Source: an uncultured Methanosarcinales archaeon (lineage in GTDB: Archaea > Nanobdellota > Nanobdellia > Woesearchaeales > DSVV01). From it: 55,861 nucleotides of DNA. This document shows positions 41,701-47,049 of this stretch, in pieces. The DNA is taken from the NCBI GenBank assembly GCA_964593285.1, contig CAZQHZ010000009.1, forward strand, positions 1 through 55,861, in the 5' to 3' direction. Both the position numbers and the translations under genes were made by a program. The notes under the pieces are model-generated. The model had not been told where the DNA came from, did no database searches, and saw only the letters and a program-made list of their open reading frames with translations. Positions within the stretch are counted from its first letter, which is position 1. The number at the start of each line of letters is the position of its first letter.

Positions 41701-43512
41701 ATATATATAAAAATTTGAAAAATGTTCTTTTAAAATTAAAGAATTGTCTGGTGAATAAATTTCTAAATAATAAGTATAATTTTTTAATAAATTTTTATCT
41801 AAATTTTTTGTTAAAATTTCTGGTTTAATTAAAATTGATTCAGATTGTAAAATAAATTCATCTAAATTTAAACTAAATTTTTTATTTTTTAACAATTCTT
41901 TATTATTTAAATAAATTTTATTATGCTTTGAATTTGTATATAAAATATAATTATTGAAATTACTAACATTACTTTCTAAATAATTAACATTTAAATCATT
42001 CAAAAAATACCAATAAGGGTTTAATTTGGTATTATTCTCTAAAACAAATGAAATATGATTATTATCTAAAGTTAAATTAAGACGAACAAAATCATATTCT
42101 AATTTATCTAATTTATTTTCAAAAACATCTAAATTATAATAATTATTAACAAAATTAGATTCATATAACTTTTTTTCTAAATTTTTATCTAATCCATCTA
42201 TACTTAAATTATTTTTTATTGTTTTTGATTCGAAAATAATATAACTATTATTTTTATTATAATTTGTAAAATTATTTGATATGAAAAATTCTTTTAAATT
42301 AAATAAAACATTATTTATATTTATTTTATGTCTTTGATTATCAAAAACTATATAAATTTCTGAAAAATTAGTATCTTTTGAGATAAATTCACTTAAATCT
42401 AAGAACTCAAAATCTTTAGACAAATTAAATAAAGATAAAGTGTAAAAATAATTATCAGTTAAATCAAATGCTTTTTTAGTAAATTTTGGAGTTAAAATTT
42501 CTTTTTGTTTAGTTACTATAAAACTAGAATTAATTATTTTAAATAAATTATCTTTAATAATTGTTGCTTTAAGACTATAATTTCCAACTAAATTTAAATC
42601 TAAATCAGCACTATATTTTCCTTTAGAAAATTCATTTAAAAAAATTGTTTCTGTAGAATTATCAGGATAAATTATCTCTAAATTAATCACCCCTGAATCT
42701 AATTTTGAATCCTCATAGATTGGTTCTATTAAAATATTTGCAGTATCATGCAAATAATATGAATTATTATGCAAAATATCAGCAATTAAATTTTCAGTTG
42801 ATGGTAACTGCAAACTAAATGAATCCTGAGAAATATGTTCAGTTCCATCATGAATTATTTTTGCAATAACATAATAATCAGATAATTCTAAATTTTTACT
42901 CATAGTACAATTAAAATCACATTTTCCAACGCATTGAAAAGAACATAAATATTCATAAACAGGATTATTTTGGCTCATAATTAACAAATCAACCCGTTTA
43001 GTTAATTCTTTTCCTTCTTCTAAAATAGAAACACTGCCATGAACATCAACAGGACCATAAACATAATCTAAAACATTTGGAAGATTTAACTTTAAATCTA
43101 ATTTTTGACCAATTACAACTATTTCAATTAATTTTTCATAAATGTCACCATTAATATCAACTACACCTTTTATTTTATACGTTCCAGTAGTTTTTGGAAT
43201 AAAATCTGAACTATAAACACCTCCTGAATCATGCTTTAATTCCAATTCAAACTCATTACCTGTTGGATCTATAACAAAGATTTTTAATGGAATTGAAATA
43301 ACTAAAATATCATCAAAATATCCTTTTGCACTAATTTTTATTTTTTCATTTGCATAGTAATAATTTTTATCAGTATCAATAACTAATTCAAAATCTGATT
43401 TTTGTGAAGAATTAACAACTGACATAAAAATTAATGAAAAAAACATAATAAGTAATACTAATAAACTAAATTTAGTTATACATAAAACCTCTTTTTTATA
43501 TTTATTTTTCAT
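23767..43512 (-). CDS. Giant (6581 aa) secreted mosaic surface protein: Ig/MG2-like, golvesin-like, lectin/ConA-like, several DUF2341-like, PA14-like and CARDB-like modules
   Basis: 19.7-kb uninterrupted ORF; N-terminal signal/TM helix; DUF2341-like signatures (W.Y/R..., DIR/DLRF, YYGN/YYDN, FEFFDDF); SDDGS; abundant NxS/T sequons. Confidence 0.9.
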   Translation of the reverse strand: MKNKYKKEVLCITKFSLLVLLIMFFSLIFMSVVNSSQKSDFELVIDTDKNYYYANEKIKISAKGYFDDILVISIPLKIFVIDPTGNEFELELKHDSGGVYSSDFIPKTTGTYKIKGVVDINGDIYEKLIEIVVIGQKLDLKLNLPNVLDYVYGPVDVHGSVSILEEGKELTKRVDLLIMSQNNPVYEYLCSFQCVGKCDFNCTMSKNLELSDYYVIAKIIHDGTEHISQDSFSLQLPSTENLIADILHNNSYYLHDTANILIEPIYEDSKLDSGVINLEIIYPDNSTETIFLNEFSKGKYSADLDLNLVGNYSLKATIIKDNLFKIINSSFIVTKQKEILTPKFTKKAFDLTDNYFYTLSLFNLSKDFEFLDLSEFISKDTNFSEIYIVFDNQRHKININNVLFNLKEFFISNNFTNYNKNNSYIIFESKTIKNNLSIDGLDKNLEKKLYESNFVNNYYNLDVFENKLDKLEYDFVRLNLTLDNNHISFVLENNTKLNPYWYFLNDLNVNYLESNVSNFNNYILYTNSKHNKIYLNNKELLKNKKFSLNLDEFILQSESILIKPEILTKNLDKNLLKNYTYYLEIYSPDNSLILKEHFSNFYIYQTTNKTKIGNYFITVVVKDEYDNIVASLKSTINVLSTTPKVSIKNEYYKKLQRNSYYDFVHIVKNENYKNFDIIDLVYESNFTNVEFFYENKTKLKDTTRSSNVNTRKLKPGEELKIIARAYVPLDASIGLIDNIKIHSISNAGVSNDSIVNEIEVVAFIDEDKKEFIDDLEIISIEEKSNHFLIYVKNHYNNTKSANLNIKINDLNNESKDYEILLKRPINKDSIESFVLLKPFIFNSGFIVNASLKNEENNLLNDVNKDNNQRIYVFNDDWLIKDLKFRKIIPFRDTLYTDYESYILRVFVDLGDNLKDSIIPVFFNGTDYELLNYEFLSFDDLTNSGILLIELKNIKKGFISDLYLYFDNFKSTFDYENKKINFEKILTNNDAKTVGRWISDTQVKGYYGRDYLHDLNLDKGFKSITYKPNLELNNYEIYINYPAHDSFSENTPLIFNHNSGTDYFEINQKINGDNWNYLGLYTLGENSSITLGNFGTREIVVSDSFKFRKISHYANVLHLQKYVNKSIYYVDDDKLILKKDFIDDDFLFDDLLIEEELNVSINDSLFNETTTNQTTINETTINETTINETTTNETTINETTINETRTNETTINETRTNKTSINETRINETRINETKINETRTNETRINDTTINETIDHNLSKIDYEKIIDKKDAKIKQRAVVGEPVSWNVEIDLKNSKLDDLIIPIEAKNLTLFKKDKLIEAFNLTIDDKIISNIDLEKISTLNELIKELENIKKEREKSNLIKKATLYFTQRNVNSKLTDLKDELRNVDDFLNETNNLKNITNKKIILPREELINAQEKINISFITDSPKINVTTEKIKDFKLKKDIKVYSNASIHYENVLTTINITKSKPNQIKLFHLVDGEKINIIDDERFNVTLIDLDNDTYIDQISFNVLKLSEQNFELEIDLAILNVQSYPSIHNNWTVYFNTTGTNDLIITVINDTTWTEFLLDDKNTKDDMIFKSLKCGDNELKEDELYAILEDNTQIQYLDLSSIDSYKVKSLLYKDWNCDDTTASLSNEIITTGKHHLKFEFGDEVGFANNMGFLLYEYFESYSNNTKANYFVDYTSGGVNADVFSVFNNGTDKFYRANITGTYISEYNLTQAFSWDNYEILLKTRIVEDLGTEEIGILFYSDFLSSRYYRIRSNAGGNFVLTGHGGLVGGTLDSGISPSLNTWYYMRINVQTAGTNTDIKAKIWDESSNEPTSWQIDSNTILDTPLYNGSVAFYARDAVVDYDFIVVENISYTPIITIDSPVTSPSYNISENIWFNVSLDKLAKNCNYTINNTTYNMTKINDTSFYANQSFSDYGVKNVFFECEDYHDNVVNASRNFGIGVGAITILSPEAGVTTNYNPQLDAVFNQTYDSWYNINNGVNSSVVNTDNLIANLGPLLNGDYTVYVFVNNSGSIISNQVSFKVTVPDPNPLFYIGPGNATYTSTNTADLYIGGDYIANYSLSCDNNSWSSWYTHPGDGSTYIHLDFDLTNGALGCSLGEGLKTVYINVSNGVEVYEDAVDTIIYDSSKFSGETFTEYFVNDSFTQSHENISFNIGTFGGIRLDAGCLNYPFESGCWNYRNHVVLEEISENDYSNGTQYGFSINTPDLVSEGKLKSDCSDIRVVYYNKTSETLQRVYHWFDSEACSEYNSEIWINLSIQPNDIQEYYIYYGNPSADFDSTYYDGEEVFEFFDDFSIAPGNDGRWSVVGTSFGAESGILHLQRTGNSRSWAYPSVPFNFSDHIAEFRYKVDWGDEEGGILYRTSGGADGTLEGHELGTRGRNEHDHVYWRMTGLLTGGGGHGSAQRANLGWPVYQDEWYYARLIAQSNSFNWFPDLYENSWSEFSFSNSAHSWGNIGFWQYRRSDFKVDFIFVRKLPATSLSATYEEQANYEPSGFTYSELIKPAAFKNWEYILFDHKIPDDTYINYYVYDNSSNLLCSFEGIKDVQIYDISSCAHGYNQIQIYVDFKTYNEFYSPTLDLYTVKWNSISDIFLDEPRELYHEWFTPFFSNATFVNDLNSCDVNSYLQYRISSQVNEFIENSYDYFIDNEDVTDIKIQDYLRLEADESVGNLIDSGWDNRYSFNVSLDEARTDYPIKFELDSTDIDFTKTDFTDIRVTYYNDVSGVEELINHWVEFSDDTSVIIWAKIPSLSTTQTTVHIYYGNVGVEDLSDGNDVFEFFDDFTGSSIDTSKWDIVDSTGFSVSNNELVGTSTTGRIQSIETFSEPLIYESKMRTSIRASAGQMTAGFWTSTASGVGVRENSGGSPSRYWTRVGGGWVGPTTFDTLIGTHKIILNSNSGNVDVTIDDFETGNSRTDTRAFTISNHPITLGRRYDDNNLGQNYDTRWDWIFVRPRESIETITKLGTTTKYKPYGTYTSKIFDTTYSTVGFGNIFYSGTLSEMQIYTRTSNDGVYFSDWQLQENGKQITSPNRRYIQYLVEMNSSIKTYTPKLNEIKIEYSRSSPNFITIDNLNPAISTGTNPYLCGILSSGQSCNPVWDNVEPKVRGMYNLRVLANSTNCDHYEKISNMKTFYVFANTEIIDFNSNVNSAVHGDTIIFTGRVVDELSSPVVNRKVYLFLDGDELEEVNTNSNGYFTIDYVVDDDLDIGNNNFEVRFKKDYEAFYNSSNAFKEIKISSLPEITSITTTPYPAGNFEPVTINASVIDLVGGINVYVKVRKPNGVTTNHLMNDLGDGNYTFTFTDTWNIGNYDITINATNSDGISNFRSSNFLISIQGNANSDLNKDEFRNYEDVFLNINDYWRYKKEINFSVGLGIVPSDYQVHLLLTSGIVGSNFAWDQECNDLRFVDENGIELNYWVEFCDASEREASVWIKTDNPTSSDYNVYMYYDNSFAASKSNAEDTFILFGDFSGNSLPDGWTWTDVNSVGDVTVNNGEVNIYSSFAADVWQNDYEATLVWQDELVTGDFEAIARLTDYTSVDAWAKTGIITQGTNAAQANDGKAMIVQTISNGLSLQWQTGGFVAPSSSSTGGNLDLPRYLRMVRYGDSISGYYSDDAETWTQRGSDETPVGISPSQYINLVHTSHRNDDNVRNAVFDLFYVKKYSAVEPTFTFGTEEELPNDEKKIGYKSGFVNLGTTPIKGYRLGIVQKYDGTSWVNVLPAVINDRIFLDLKTINPGDNLDIEDEWNLMPFNTDDYEPGLYRTKIALVNNATNPTASSSVIVDNTGRRIENFNEFIIKESRLFLNEIMYPNYHEYGLIEYETTDTIDWVNISLLAKDNTALDVDVNLTLLDRFDAGYAGFGPNEELKNYGDILVDTTKTRTWDNETFGYYIGEDLVTNTYELNWKVNWDTVSEGEETEDNLIIFETEQDWSFATNSENISIFRDEFELDTNTIVTRDDSGASSSGFGGWQTYYEETVDVSRMDDMHMAFRYTLTPDGDAEARVRAYVDSTQVHYDDGSGTNEWNNIIDVNDTNSVTVRFEYYSETIDGGFWSPDDVSSVSIDWAEHEYFYFSNEGFLETSTKGMIESMPNLVDLSYQLNGEKIKLDVIGSPGTVDEEKITVNLDGLTQYDLVWNEWHEDFKINITLNTSNLSRSPVVNSLTLKSLDHVNVRKYIKVHNIPSTFNTSALERLYLNEYTPIDFSFINLWTEKNLTDVSVTLNCPNLPGLDCLCIGEVDNVCNFNYLEPLTKLESYFNITADDATPTGDYYINFTINYTNPVGNNKSWKQKKGQLLEIRERGLLEIFVDYYEDVVTRGEFTTINLYANNTNTSTPDTNAWLNYTAVPNSWNVNSGNLNQFKTALDPGEYIWNNITFDIGLNANLGSQKIMANSSADSAIPDFKQAFIDVYANTFITEFYPTELNVSRGENVDLIARLTWDNGSIISGERIYFYDEIENSLVGSALTNSTGYAKVNYNIDSSAILGLHNLNATYLGKASIFTNPSNKSTILDVGLKPLIMNLSNYPSIIGYGNNITINANLTDDQGIDTALFFVTYPNGLIKNFSMHDVTIHDEVTWSEESDWLNAVDTEYIDINNDQITLLGNEIKTYRYDYPNTHSGGDGWRTYYEKTIDVSSINEMRVSYNYELDHNGAPNAGVRVLLDGTEIHFDETAGSNTWTGFEDVSLEDEITLSFQYRSQTGGLWTTVTSSATINWAEHYYLHLEDEGHLETDIKTMTQSMPDLTNLKYDLNSGEIELEIIGSPGTASQETIIKELTGHNYYDLDWNNYHEDFKTIINFKSLDGVNSPIFDSLTLKKTKQDFEYVFDDTWFNGTYDYYIWANDTSGSTVQSSIKSFDVELDKGIIEFKTINSTYEQFEDVLIQNNLIGRYKQNIFLNSSTGNVPVHYQVHLFLNESNVGKNFAPEQECNDLRFIDEDGNELNYWVNYCNETLKEASVWIKTEKEITTSGYNIYMYYDNPALESQSNHSNVFLKDQIFLMTLRCPENDADCDPLASHNTALFMRENMGLDPYTLDGQGYVTTINHDTNTYGFDDYYYSRYRFLFIPETSGTYWFGTNSDDGSEVTIFPMDGYGGGIRTTQPFGNHDVVADWYGNHGAGTCGTSGNQYSRELEAGKGYFFDYIHHERGGGQLAQMCINTGSGYDIVSIANFPNQIYARNYITPEPTINFREEEASSFSRDINAHVMMNVQRFSSGIFEDVNLHVDDLSTSTFRSTQNGFLNISNVWNPNPWNTENNPEGLYRINTYLVSPYGDILNSTDGKIEGFANFTITPPPVNATIENIRIFEIDYDLKHDPGVLEDEGLNKTFSLFLDKTYRVEISVKNQLNSNPWNISLVNTNHSILNESWIVNESEDIWYRVHTGSNNFNNYFNNNTVSWNTTPYTTLVQPNRAVTFYYVLNITPDESKGNYPVEFILEDPYFTRQDNSVFKIIPETLDAPKLYNETYNITNTDVIRVFNSTTIYGRWNQEISEALVYYNATSSSIVSTSISLPIDNPQNWTNHTFNPTAGWLRGVHVAQIRAKNPSDVWNETLEFIKFNIFGLAYIKDFNLNTTDVGIGNTVNINCSVFDNTNNLRIENYNISIYSSVEGLLYNNFTNSNGFIHYNFTPSSFGVHEISCVIEDDLDNFYKTDDRRVQAQEIFILEFEPPKYFDVSGNFMVFKNDFFNTSSRWTDNAELNYAYLQMNYTGSFENVTNMSLTGVEDWANFSYQIPINIIPGIYSWYHLTSDSSLNYNQTPKLNVEIWGKSKISEMLQEPPGIQPTNYTTTTCRILDINSNNPIENYNVSFWINDNYLGSNITNSTGYSSFKFNYSTLGSHTIKCNITDEDDMYYKASLSDELTDNLNVVASPDVYSPKLLSYGINESEIMRNQCVLVYGQWDEEINYSKVIYNMSDTFTQKHIEPPYIGNWSNITLCTNNSWHVGVKELKLWANDTVGNINKSVSYLNFTLNGRSAIEWISPIATATRDEIDLVCRVYDFDNNHNISGYNVVFLDDDGALIGNNQTMDDGKAIMKYDATFLDTGDYTFRCQIQTAPTLYYPTRSVSFAEQTLTFATINTSLNIFDTTDFETKYQNENVTFYANFTDNNGLAKDGICNITIYDYNYNHTNNMIFNNVTDYYEYNYSFNYSGMYDWNVTCNSLDSEAITKNSTAIIYDNLAPIINLITPINNAIIDYQDTIVFYYNVTDESGVENCSLFINGELNQTNDTILMDTTLNFSIDNLMPSNYNWSILCYDQSSLNNQANSEIRNLTIGGAKVIFDIINYPNYVFRNDNSVEFTINVTNNGTLNATDTNITFKIPNDWQFSVGNTTDQIVTIDINESVLVSWHVDIPNFASFGEKQINFSSNLSIAGVDDYLSLFVNVSTIDLSIDEIISPLNNSCTYDNLFILANITNNDNISKDNVNITLLINGTYKDSKIENFTNYESGLINFTNVFVNESYYNITLLVDEINDINFDDNVMSIFVNRYYKDLTYNFTSSSISDNVYNQSYTIINNKDCDLEFGSLYGFIDNDFVFDYSVPLSNSSYGVIGSYNGDIYQWDNTIPALSFVNGYYIVNGINNYHANLLYITGITVG
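39748..40017 (-). repeat. 15-bp tandem repeat encoding 18 N-x-T pentapeptides (INETT/INETR)
   Basis: NETTT NQTTI NETTI ... NDTTI NETID. Confidence 0.95.
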
Positions 43513-43526
43513 TTTTACTAATTTAT

Positions 43527-44108
43527 TTATGCTTTTTCATCAAATGCTTTATACGCCTCAATATTTGTTTCTAAACTTAATTGATTAAAAATTTCAATAG
43601 CTCTAGAACGCCTAAGCCCAACTTGTTTTTGTATAGCATCGATTGGAATTCCCTTTATGTAGGCATGAGCAATATGTGTATAACGAAGTATTTGGGGTGT
43701 TGTGTTTTTTATTTTTAGATCAAAAAAAACATCTTCTACAATTTGTCTAACTCGTTTTGTGGATATTTTTTTGCTTTGTCTAGTTGAAAATAAATATTCA
43801 TTTTGATTGATATTCATTTTATCATTATAATTAATAAATCTAGAAATCTTATCAATAATAAATTTTGAAAGATAAATTATTCTAAATGATTTATTTCTAG
43901 AAAAATCTTTTGAAATTTTAAGTGTATTATTTGTAAAATTAATATCTTTTATTTTCACATTAACTAATTCATTAACAGTGCAACCACTATGATATAGCAA
44001 AAGTATAATTAAATGGTCTCTTTTAGAAAGATTTTTATAGGTGTTTAATTTAGCTAAATCATCAAAAGAAAGATACCTAATATGATAATTGTTTCTCTTT
44101 TTATTCAT
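43527..44108 (-). CDS. Tyrosine recombinase catalytic-domain homologue, predicted inactive
   Basis: RDHLIILLLYHSGCTVNEL, TPQILRYT, QKQVGL, AIEIF align with Xer motifs but catalytic residues are replaced; no N-terminal core-binding domain. Confidence 0.85.
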   Translation of the reverse strand: MNKKRNNYHIRYLSFDDLAKLNTYKNLSKRDHLIILLLYHSGCTVNELVNVKIKDINFTNNTLKISKDFSRNKSFRIIYLSKFIIDKISRFINYNDKMNINQNEYLFSTRQSKKISTKRVRQIVEDVFFDLKIKNTTPQILRYTHIAHAYIKGIPIDAIQKQVGLRRSRAIEIFNQLSLETNIEAYKAFDEKA

Positions 44109-44400
44109 TAACTACCCCAAATGTAAAAAATTACTTTTTATATCCAAAAAAAGGAAAGTTAAAGTTTATAAATATTTCTATTTATTATTATATATATAAT
44201 TATATTATAAAATTATTATAAATAAGATATATTTATATTATTAATTACAAAAATTTATTATCAACAACAATAAATGAACTACTTCATCCCTTCCAATACT
44301 ACTAATTTACCTATCAAACACTTTTACACTAACTATTCTAACAACAAAATAAATAGAATATATAAAATTTGTCAAGAAAAATTAAAATTTTAAAAAATTA

Positions 44401-45696
44401 TCAATAATAAAGATACATCTTTTCTTCATTTATAACATTAGGAGTATTAACGATGGTTAAAATAGGAGAACCCATTCGTGGAATAAAAGTTAACCTAATT
44501 CGTTCATCTGCTAAAATATCACCAAATGATTCATAACATAATTTAACAATATCTCCTCGCTGTAAAAGTCCTTCAACATGATTTGTTGATTTACTTTGAT
44601 ATACTGCAGAAAAATAACCAACCCCAGCATTAATTGGTTCAACAAAAATTGTTCCAGAAATTAATCCAGGTGTTGTAATTGCAGAATCAATACTTATATG
44701 ACCTAATGTTTCACCATCTAGAATTATTGCTTCATTATCAAAATAAACAGATGTTGGTGTTGTTAAAATATCTGTACCAAAAGGAATAATTACAATTTCT
44801 TCATCTAAATAAAAATTTAAATGAGTATTATTAAAAACAAAAAAATCTTCAACTCCATCATCATTTAAATCACTACTTAAAATAGCAGGTCTAAATATTT
44901 CAAAAGAAACATCATCGTCTGTTGAAAGAATATAACCACCATTTGAACCATCACTTCTAAAACCTTTTAAAAAACCAAAATAATTACCATTATTATCAAT
45001 TATTTCTAAATTTGAAAAATTAAAAGGACCTGTAGCATCTAAATCAACAACACTTCCATCATCATTTACTATTTTTACATAAATAAAACGTGGATTACCA
45101 TAATTTGATAAATTAATTAAAAAATAACTAGCATTATTATAAGGTGCTGGACAAATACTATTAGCATCCGAGCTACATGTTCCTAGTATATCGGTTACTC
45201 CATCTAAATCCAAATCAACATTCATATCAATAAAATGCTGGGGCATATAACCTACATTTCCTCCATCCTCTGAAATAAATTTATTATAACTAATACTTAA
45301 ATCATTAAATTCATCGTTATTAAATGTTGCAAAACCATCCTCATGATTTCTCTCACATTTACTAGCAATACCTCTATATTTCAATGTTGTAGCCACATTT
45401 TCTGTATTAAAACCTAAAATAACTTGATCTAATTTTATTGCATTTGACCCTGGTGATAATTTCATTATTTGCTCAAAATAATTTAAACTTCCACCGCTTC
45501 CATCAGTTGCACTAACATCAATAACTTCTGCATGTGTTGAAATTTGGCTCTTTGCTTGATTACCTGTTGCTAAAGATTGCTCTTGCATTGCTGATGATGT
45601 TTGTATTAATACACCAGCAGCAACAGCTGCAACTATTAATAAAGAAATAAAAATAATTAAAGTTCCAATACCCATTTCAGCTTTTTTGGATTTCAT
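44401..45696 (-). CDS. Archaellin/type IV pilin-like protein with large central insertion
   Basis: Class III signal KKA|EMGIGTLIIFISLLIVAAVAAGVLIQT; KLSPGS..I.L; C-terminal GDIVKL...IP..G. Confidence 0.9.
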   Translation of the reverse strand: MKSKKAEMGIGTLIIFISLLIVAAVAAGVLIQTSSAMQEQSLATGNQAKSQISTHAEVIDVSATDGSGGSLNYFEQIMKLSPGSNAIKLDQVILGFNTENVATTLKYRGIASKCERNHEDGFATFNNDEFNDLSISYNKFISEDGGNVGYMPQHFIDMNVDLDLDGVTDILGTCSSDANSICPAPYNNASYFLINLSNYGNPRFIYVKIVNDDGSVVDLDATGPFNFSNLEIIDNNGNYFGFLKGFRSDGSNGGYILSTDDDVSFEIFRPAILSSDLNDDGVEDFFVFNNTHLNFYLDEEIVIIPFGTDILTTPTSVYFDNEAIILDGETLGHISIDSAITTPGLISGTIFVEPINAGVGYFSAVYQSKSTNHVEGLLQRGDIVKLCYESFGDILADERIRLTFIPRMGSPILTIVNTPNVINEEKMYLYY

Positions 45697-45767
45697 ATTA
45701 AATCAGCATAATATACATATAATAATATAGTTATTAATATACTAGTATTTAAATATTTTGTTTTTTA

Positions 45768-45947
45768 GCAAATATAAAGTCTAATATCTAAAAAAAGGTA
45801 CATCATATAATATCATAAGATCAAAACTTCATCAAAGTAAAAAATAGTCGAGCAAAAAATGCCCCATGCAAAAACGCAAAATTTTTAAAATAATCATAGA
45901 AAGTTTTAAAGATATTAACTTTCTTTTGTGTCTAACTTTATATTTAC
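45768..45947. mobile_element. MITE copy 2 (degenerate, internally deleted, inverted relative to copy 1)
   Basis: Ends GCAAATATAAAGTC / AACTTTATATTTAC; 45809-45829 matches the reverse complement of 14339-14359 at 20/21; flanks GTTTTTTA / ATTTTTTA (7/8). Confidence 0.8.
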
Positions 45948-46026
45948 ATTTTTTAATATATATAATAAGAAATTAAAATAAAAAACACTAATTATTTTAT
46001 AAATAAAAATAAAATTAATTAAAAAA

Positions 46027-47049
46027 TTATTCATCTATTTTTAAAATTCTATCAATTATTGCTTCATAAATTAAAATGTGCTTTAATCCTTCTATTTTTT
46101 GATTATTTATAAAAATAGTTGGAATTTTTGCCACATTATCATTTATTGCTTTTTTATAATTGTTAGTTATGATATATAAAGTTTCTAAATCATTAAAACA
46201 ATCATCAAATGCCTCTAAATCAACATTGTTTTTTTTAAGATAATTATCTATTTTTATTTTTCTAATTGGCTTTTTTTCTTCAAATAAAAAATTCTTAAAC
46301 TCCTCTGTTTTATTACTATCTAATTCATTAACACAATAATATGCTTTATCTAATACCAAATCTTTTTCTAAATCCAATGGATAATGTATTTTAGTAATAA
46401 CAATATTGTCTTGATAAACTACAGATAATTTATCTAATATTAAATCTAATTCATGACATGGATCACATGAAAATGATGAATAAAATTCAACATTTGCAAC
46501 TTTTGTAACATTTGTTAAATTTTTTTGTGAAATTACTAAATCATCTTCTGTAGTTTTTGATAAAAGTAAAAATAACACTAAAGAAAGTAAAATTAATACA
46601 CTAACCCAAAAAAAACCACTTTTCTTTTTTTTCTTCTCTTTTTTTATAGTTTTCTTTTCTTTTGTTTTAGTTTCTTTTTTTTTACTATCCTTTGCTAATT
46701 CTTTTTTTGTATCTTCTTTTTTTGTATCTTTTACTGGAGTTATTTTTTCTTCATCTTTTTTTTTAGTAGCATCTTTTGGTGAATCATCTTTTTTTGCTTG
46801 TTTTTTGTCTTTTTTTTTCTCTTCTTTTTTCTCTTCTTTTTTTTCTACCTTTTCACTATCCTTTTTAGAAATAATTTCATTTATTATTTTTTTACTTTCT
46901 TCATTTTTTTTTTCTTTATCTTTTAGAGGTTTTAATTTCTTTTCAATAGTATTTCTTCCCCGTTTATATTCTTCTTCACTAATTATACCACTCTGATAAG
47001 TTTTTTCAAGCTGAGATAATTGATTTTTTAATTTTTCTAGTTCTGACAT
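46027..47049 (-). CDS. Membrane-anchored DsbA/thioredoxin-fold protein with SHOCT-like N-terminus and Lys/Glu-rich linker
   Basis: LEKTYQSGIISEEEY; K/E/D-rich tract; TM helix; FSCDPC active site; IPTIFIN cis-Pro motif. Confidence 0.85.
   Translation of the reverse strand: MSELEKLKNQLSQLEKTYQSGIISEEEYKRGRNTIEKKLKPLKDKEKKNEESKKIINEIISKKDSEKVEKKEEKKEEKKKDKKQAKKDDSPKDATKKKDEEKITPVKDTKKEDTKKELAKDSKKKETKTKEKKTIKKEKKKKKSGFFWVSVLILLSLVLFLLLSKTTEDDLVISQKNLTNVTKVANVEFYSSFSCDPCHELDLILDKLSVVYQDNIVITKIHYPLDLEKDLVLDKAYYCVNELDSNKTEEFKNFLFEEKKPIRKIKIDNYLKKNNVDLEAFDDCFNDLETLYIITNNYKKAINDNVAKIPTIFINNQKIEGLKHILIYEAIIDRILKIDE

Noticed and set aside
43527..44108. Active integrase marking a provirus or shufflon
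   Set aside because: Catalytic residues are missing; no tRNA/att repeat, inverted cassettes or viral genes were seen.
44260..44350. C-rich stretch between the recombinase-like gene and the archaellin
   Set aside because: No convincing ORF, hairpin or similarity to the MITE was found by eye.
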